From positions 1 to 63,356 of the forward strand of contig VYCT01000090.1 in the NCBI GenBank assembly GCA_009843785.1: 63,356 nucleotides of DNA. Reading direction: 5' to 3'. The notes beneath the pieces are model-generated. The model was not told the DNA's origin. It did no database searches and worked only from the letters and a program-made list of their open reading frames with translations. Both the position numbers and the translations under genes were made by a program. The DNA comes from Candidatus Poribacteria bacterium (GTDB taxonomy: Bacteria > Poribacteria > WGA-4E > WGA-3G). This document shows positions 60,372 through 63,356 of the stretch, in pieces; the stretch's first letter is position 1; every line of letters begins with the position of its first letter.

Positions 60372-61511
60372 ATGGCTACCTTATCGACACACGACGACTC
60401 CCCGGAAAATCGTGTGGATAACCTGTTGAAACTGGAAGTACTTGAAACGTTTGACCGGACTGCGTTTGAGCGCGATGGATATTGGGTGTGGGAAGGGATA
60501 CTAACGGATGCTGCCCGTAAGCAGTGGACAGCCAGCTTACAGAAGTTGCAACAGATGAACGATGCGATCCTCATGGATACGGAGTGGAGTGCTATCGACT
60601 TTGAGGCGCGGGGGTTTCCGCAGCCTTTGCCAGAACAAATTGCGCCGGCGTTTTTGGCGGCGTGCTGCGGGGGTTCAGAGCAAATGCCCAGTTTCCTCAG
60701 AACCGCTGAGTTGCGTCAATATATGCATACCCAAGGGCTGTTCGGACCGGGCAACGCGTTGGTCACACATGGGTTCAAGTCACAAGGTGTCATGCCGGAA
60801 TACTTCCCTGCGGGATACGACGACTTCATAATGGATGTGACATCTGCTCATCCACAAATGATGGCACTCTTCAGGAAACTTTTCGGAGACCGATTTATAC
60901 TCGATCACTGCTTCATGCTCAACCGGGCACCGGGTTCAAAAGGGCGCCGGTGGCATGCACACCAGTATCGGGAGGGACAGTACGAAGTTGAGGACCCGAT
61001 TGGGACTGGACACGCCTTGACCACTGATTTTCTACAACGGCAGTGTATTCGGACGCTGTGCTATCCAGAAGGGGCAGCTATCGAGGATGGCGGCGAACTT
61101 GCGATTATCCCCGGTGCACATCTCTATCGGATTCCGTACAAATGGAGCACGGAACGACCCGATGATGACGCTGCCATGAAAACGGGCTGGCTGAAAGGTA
61201 AAATCCACGCTTTCACAGGGAAGCCGTTGGAAATCGTACATCTCTCACTACCGCCCGGAAGCATGGTTTCGTTTGTTCATCACATGCCGCATTATGTTGG
61301 CTATCGGAAGCCAGAGATGCCGACCCGGTGGGGACTGCTTATGGCGTATCGAACGCCTGACCCAGAAGCAGAGCCAACCAAATGGACAAATGGCATTCCA
61401 ACCCATTGGGTGGAACAGGCCGCGGCCCAAGGAAAACTACCCGCTGCGGCACAGCGTGTATTTGAGGCAGATAATCCCCTCGATATGCCCTCACAGCGTC
61501 GTAACGAATAA
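60372..61511 (+). CDS. PhyH-like Fe(II)/2OG dioxygenase-fold protein
   Basis: FERDGYWVWEG, RWHAH, IPGAHL, SFVHHMPH. Confidence 0.7.
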   Translation: MATLSTHDDSPENRVDNLLKLEVLETFDRTAFERDGYWVWEGILTDAARKQWTASLQKLQQMNDAILMDTEWSAIDFEARGFPQPLPEQIAPAFLAACCGGSEQMPSFLRTAELRQYMHTQGLFGPGNALVTHGFKSQGVMPEYFPAGYDDFIMDVTSAHPQMMALFRKLFGDRFILDHCFMLNRAPGSKGRRWHAHQYREGQYEVEDPIGTGHALTTDFLQRQCIRTLCYPEGAAIEDGGELAIIPGAHLYRIPYKWSTERPDDDAAMKTGWLKGKIHAFTGKPLEIVHLSLPPGSMVSFVHHMPHYVGYRKPEMPTRWGLLMAYRTPDPEAEPTKWTNGIPTHWVEQAAAQGKLPAAAQRVFEADNPLDMPSQRRNE

Positions 61512-61518
61512 GATTACC

Positions 61519-63356
61519 TTATTGGGAGTACTGTTCGATATTTGGATCTAATTCCTTAGCCTTTTCAAAATCTGCTTTTGCGGCTTCCTTCTGCCCAAGT
61601 GCCTCTTTCGCACGCCCGCGATTGTTGTAAGCTCCAGCATGTTCTGGATTAATCTGAATGGCTTGCGTAGCGTCACCAACGGCTGCTTCATACAAAAGCT
61701 GCGCTTTCTTAATATCCCCACCGTCGGACTCAAATCCGCCAAACTTGCACTTCAGCCCCGCTCGATTACTATAAGCATTGGCATTCTGAGGATCAATCTC
61801 AATGGCTTGGGTACAGTCTTCAATTCCTGCTGCATATAAATGTTGTGCTTCCTTTATACGCCCACGGGCTGCCTCAGATTCCCCAAGTCTCAACCTCACT
61901 GCTCCCCGATTACTATAAACAACGGCATCCTCTGGGTTGATCTGAATGGCTTTATCCGAGTCGGCTATCGCTGCCTCATACAACCTTTGCGCGTTCTTAG
62001 CATTCCCGCGCGCACTTTCGGATTCCCCAAGTCTGAACCTCGCTACGCCCCGATTACCATAAGCATCAGCATCCTCTGGATCAAGTTCAATAACTCTATC
62101 ATAATCAACTATCGCTGCTTCCTGGTTACCCAAGACAGCCTTTGCGTTCCCGCGCTCGTAATAGGTGTAGATAATCTCAGGGTTAAGTTGGATCGCTTTA
62201 TCAAAATCGGCGATCGCCGCCTCATGTTCACCCAAGGCAGCCTTCGCAGCTCCACGCTTATGATAGGTGTAAGGAGTTTCGGGGTGTAACTGAATGGCTG
62301 TATCAAAATCGGCGATCGCCGCCTGGTACTGTGCAGCATTGTAATTATTTTGCCCCTGAACGTGGTAAGCATAGGCACGGATAGGGGAGCGCTCGCGCCA
62401 CTTCACCAAAGACTCCATTGGTTTTGACTCAGCGAGTAGCACCGCCAGGGCATTTGAGGGAAGCGCGTAACTGTAACCCTCACTCCCAGCGGCGTGAATC
62501 CCGACGACCTGTCCTTTACCATTGAGCACAGGGCTGCCGCTACCGCCACTATCAATATCAGCTTTCACCCGGAGCCATTTATCAGTATTCCGGATGCTAT
62601 GTATCGTTCCCAGTATGACTTTGTATCTTTCGCCAGGATATCCGACAGCAATAATTTGTTCACCACTTTGAACCGCATCGCTATCCCCTAAGAGCAGCGG
62701 CGTGCCTTTATCAGTGAGTTTTAGGATGACGAGATCATTTTCCGCATCAAAAGCAGTAACTTCCTCAACTATACAGATTTTCGCTTTATCCCTGAGTTTG
62801 ACGAAAACAGGACCGGATTGGGCAACGACATGGATGTTCGTCGCGATTTTGTCCGTATCCACAAAAAAACCGCTACCATTATAAAAGCGGCTTGAGACTC
62901 TAACCCAGCCCATCACGTGCACCACAGTTGAATCTCTGGCTTTTTTGGGTACCCGGTCCGCTGTCTGGGTATCAACATTCTCTGGCGTGCCCAGTTGGAG
63001 GGATTTATCGTAATCCGTGATGCCCTCGTGATACAACCCTTGTGCTTTCTCTACATCACCACGTGCGGATTCAATGTCTCCAAGTTTACACTTCACTGTT
63101 GCCAGATTGCTGTGGGCATCCGCATACTTTGGGTTAATCTGGATGGCTTGGGTGTAATCAACAATCGCTGATTCGTAGAGATCTAGCACTTTCTCAGCAT
63201 TTCCACGAGTGGATTCCAGGTCCCCAAGGGCAGACTTCGCAAGCCCGCGATTGTCATAGGCTAAGTTATGATCTGAATTGAACTTGATGGCTTGCGTATA
63301 GTCAACCATCGCTGATTCATAGAGATCCATCGCTTTCTCAGCATTTCCGCGGGCAG
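61519..63356 (-). CDS. TPR-repeat protein with embedded trypsin-like serine protease domain (5' end outside the window)
   Basis: Many AY.NRG...A..D...AI.L.P repeats; TNIHV (His), NDLVIL (Asp), SGGSGSPV (Ser); the frame runs off the window end. Confidence 0.9.
   Translation of the reverse strand, partial: ARGNAEKAMDLYESAMVDYTQAIKFNSDHNLAYDNRGLAKSALGDLESTRGNAEKVLDLYESAIVDYTQAIQINPKYADAHSNLATVKCKLGDIESARGDVEKAQGLYHEGITDYDKSLQLGTPENVDTQTADRVPKKARDSTVVHVMGWVRVSSRFYNGSGFFVDTDKIATNIHVVAQSGPVFVKLRDKAKICIVEEVTAFDAENDLVILKLTDKGTPLLLGDSDAVQSGEQIIAVGYPGERYKVILGTIHSIRNTDKWLRVKADIDSGGSGSPVLNGKGQVVGIHAAGSEGYSYALPSNALAVLLAESKPMESLVKWRERSPIRAYAYHVQGQNNYNAAQYQAAIADFDTAIQLHPETPYTYHKRGAAKAALGEHEAAIADFDKAIQLNPEIIYTYYERGNAKAVLGNQEAAIVDYDRVIELDPEDADAYGNRGVARFRLGESESARGNAKNAQRLYEAAIADSDKAIQINPEDAVVYSNRGAVRLRLGESEAARGRIKEAQHLYAAGIEDCTQAIEIDPQNANAYSNRAGLKCKFGGFESDGGDIKKAQLLYEAAVGDATQAIQINPEHAGAYNNRGRAKEALGQKEAAKADFEKAKELDPNIEQYSQ

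Noticed and set aside
1-63356. tRNA, rRNA or riboswitch genes
   Set aside because: No cloverleaf, rRNA signature or recognisable riboswitch consensus was seen by eye; an Infernal/Rfam scan would be needed to exclude them

Overview
A 63 kb window that reads like an accessory-rich stretch of a Candidatus Poribacteria (sponge symbiont) chromosome. This assignment is an inference from LamG proteins with a C-terminal TWxxLK tail, a dockerin plus FlgD-like C-terminal-domain secreted protein, PhyH dioxygenases, a sulfatase, and ankyrin and TPR proteins. The first ~13 kb is a mobile/defence patch: decayed IS3, IS982, IS4-type and IS1 elements, MITEs, GTAG-type REP hairpins, a type IIG restriction-modification fusion with two small accessory genes, and secreted proteins. 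The rest is mostly minus-strand small-molecule enzymes (GNATs, SAM methyltransferases, enolase-superfamily, PhyH, GGT, trpD, rsgA) interspersed with decayed toxin-antitoxin/defence modules, a diverged tandem duplication and an ABC exporter pair. No rRNA, tRNA, CRISPR array or reverse transcriptase was recognised. Best leads: (1) an unnamed ~63 aa HTH-like domain found both stand-alone next to the R-M gene and fused to an HsdR_N-type nuclease 42 kb away; (2) a shared C-terminal motif on secreted LamG proteins that may be a sorting signal; (3) three unrelated MITEs that each carry GTAG-REP hairpins, one of which visibly split a DUF2442-like gene; (4) a duplicated Zn-ribbon/membrane-repeat gene with signs of intragenic homogenisation. 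Several single-base frameshifts at short homopolymers could be sequencing error. All family assignments are from motif recognition by eye, not database searches.
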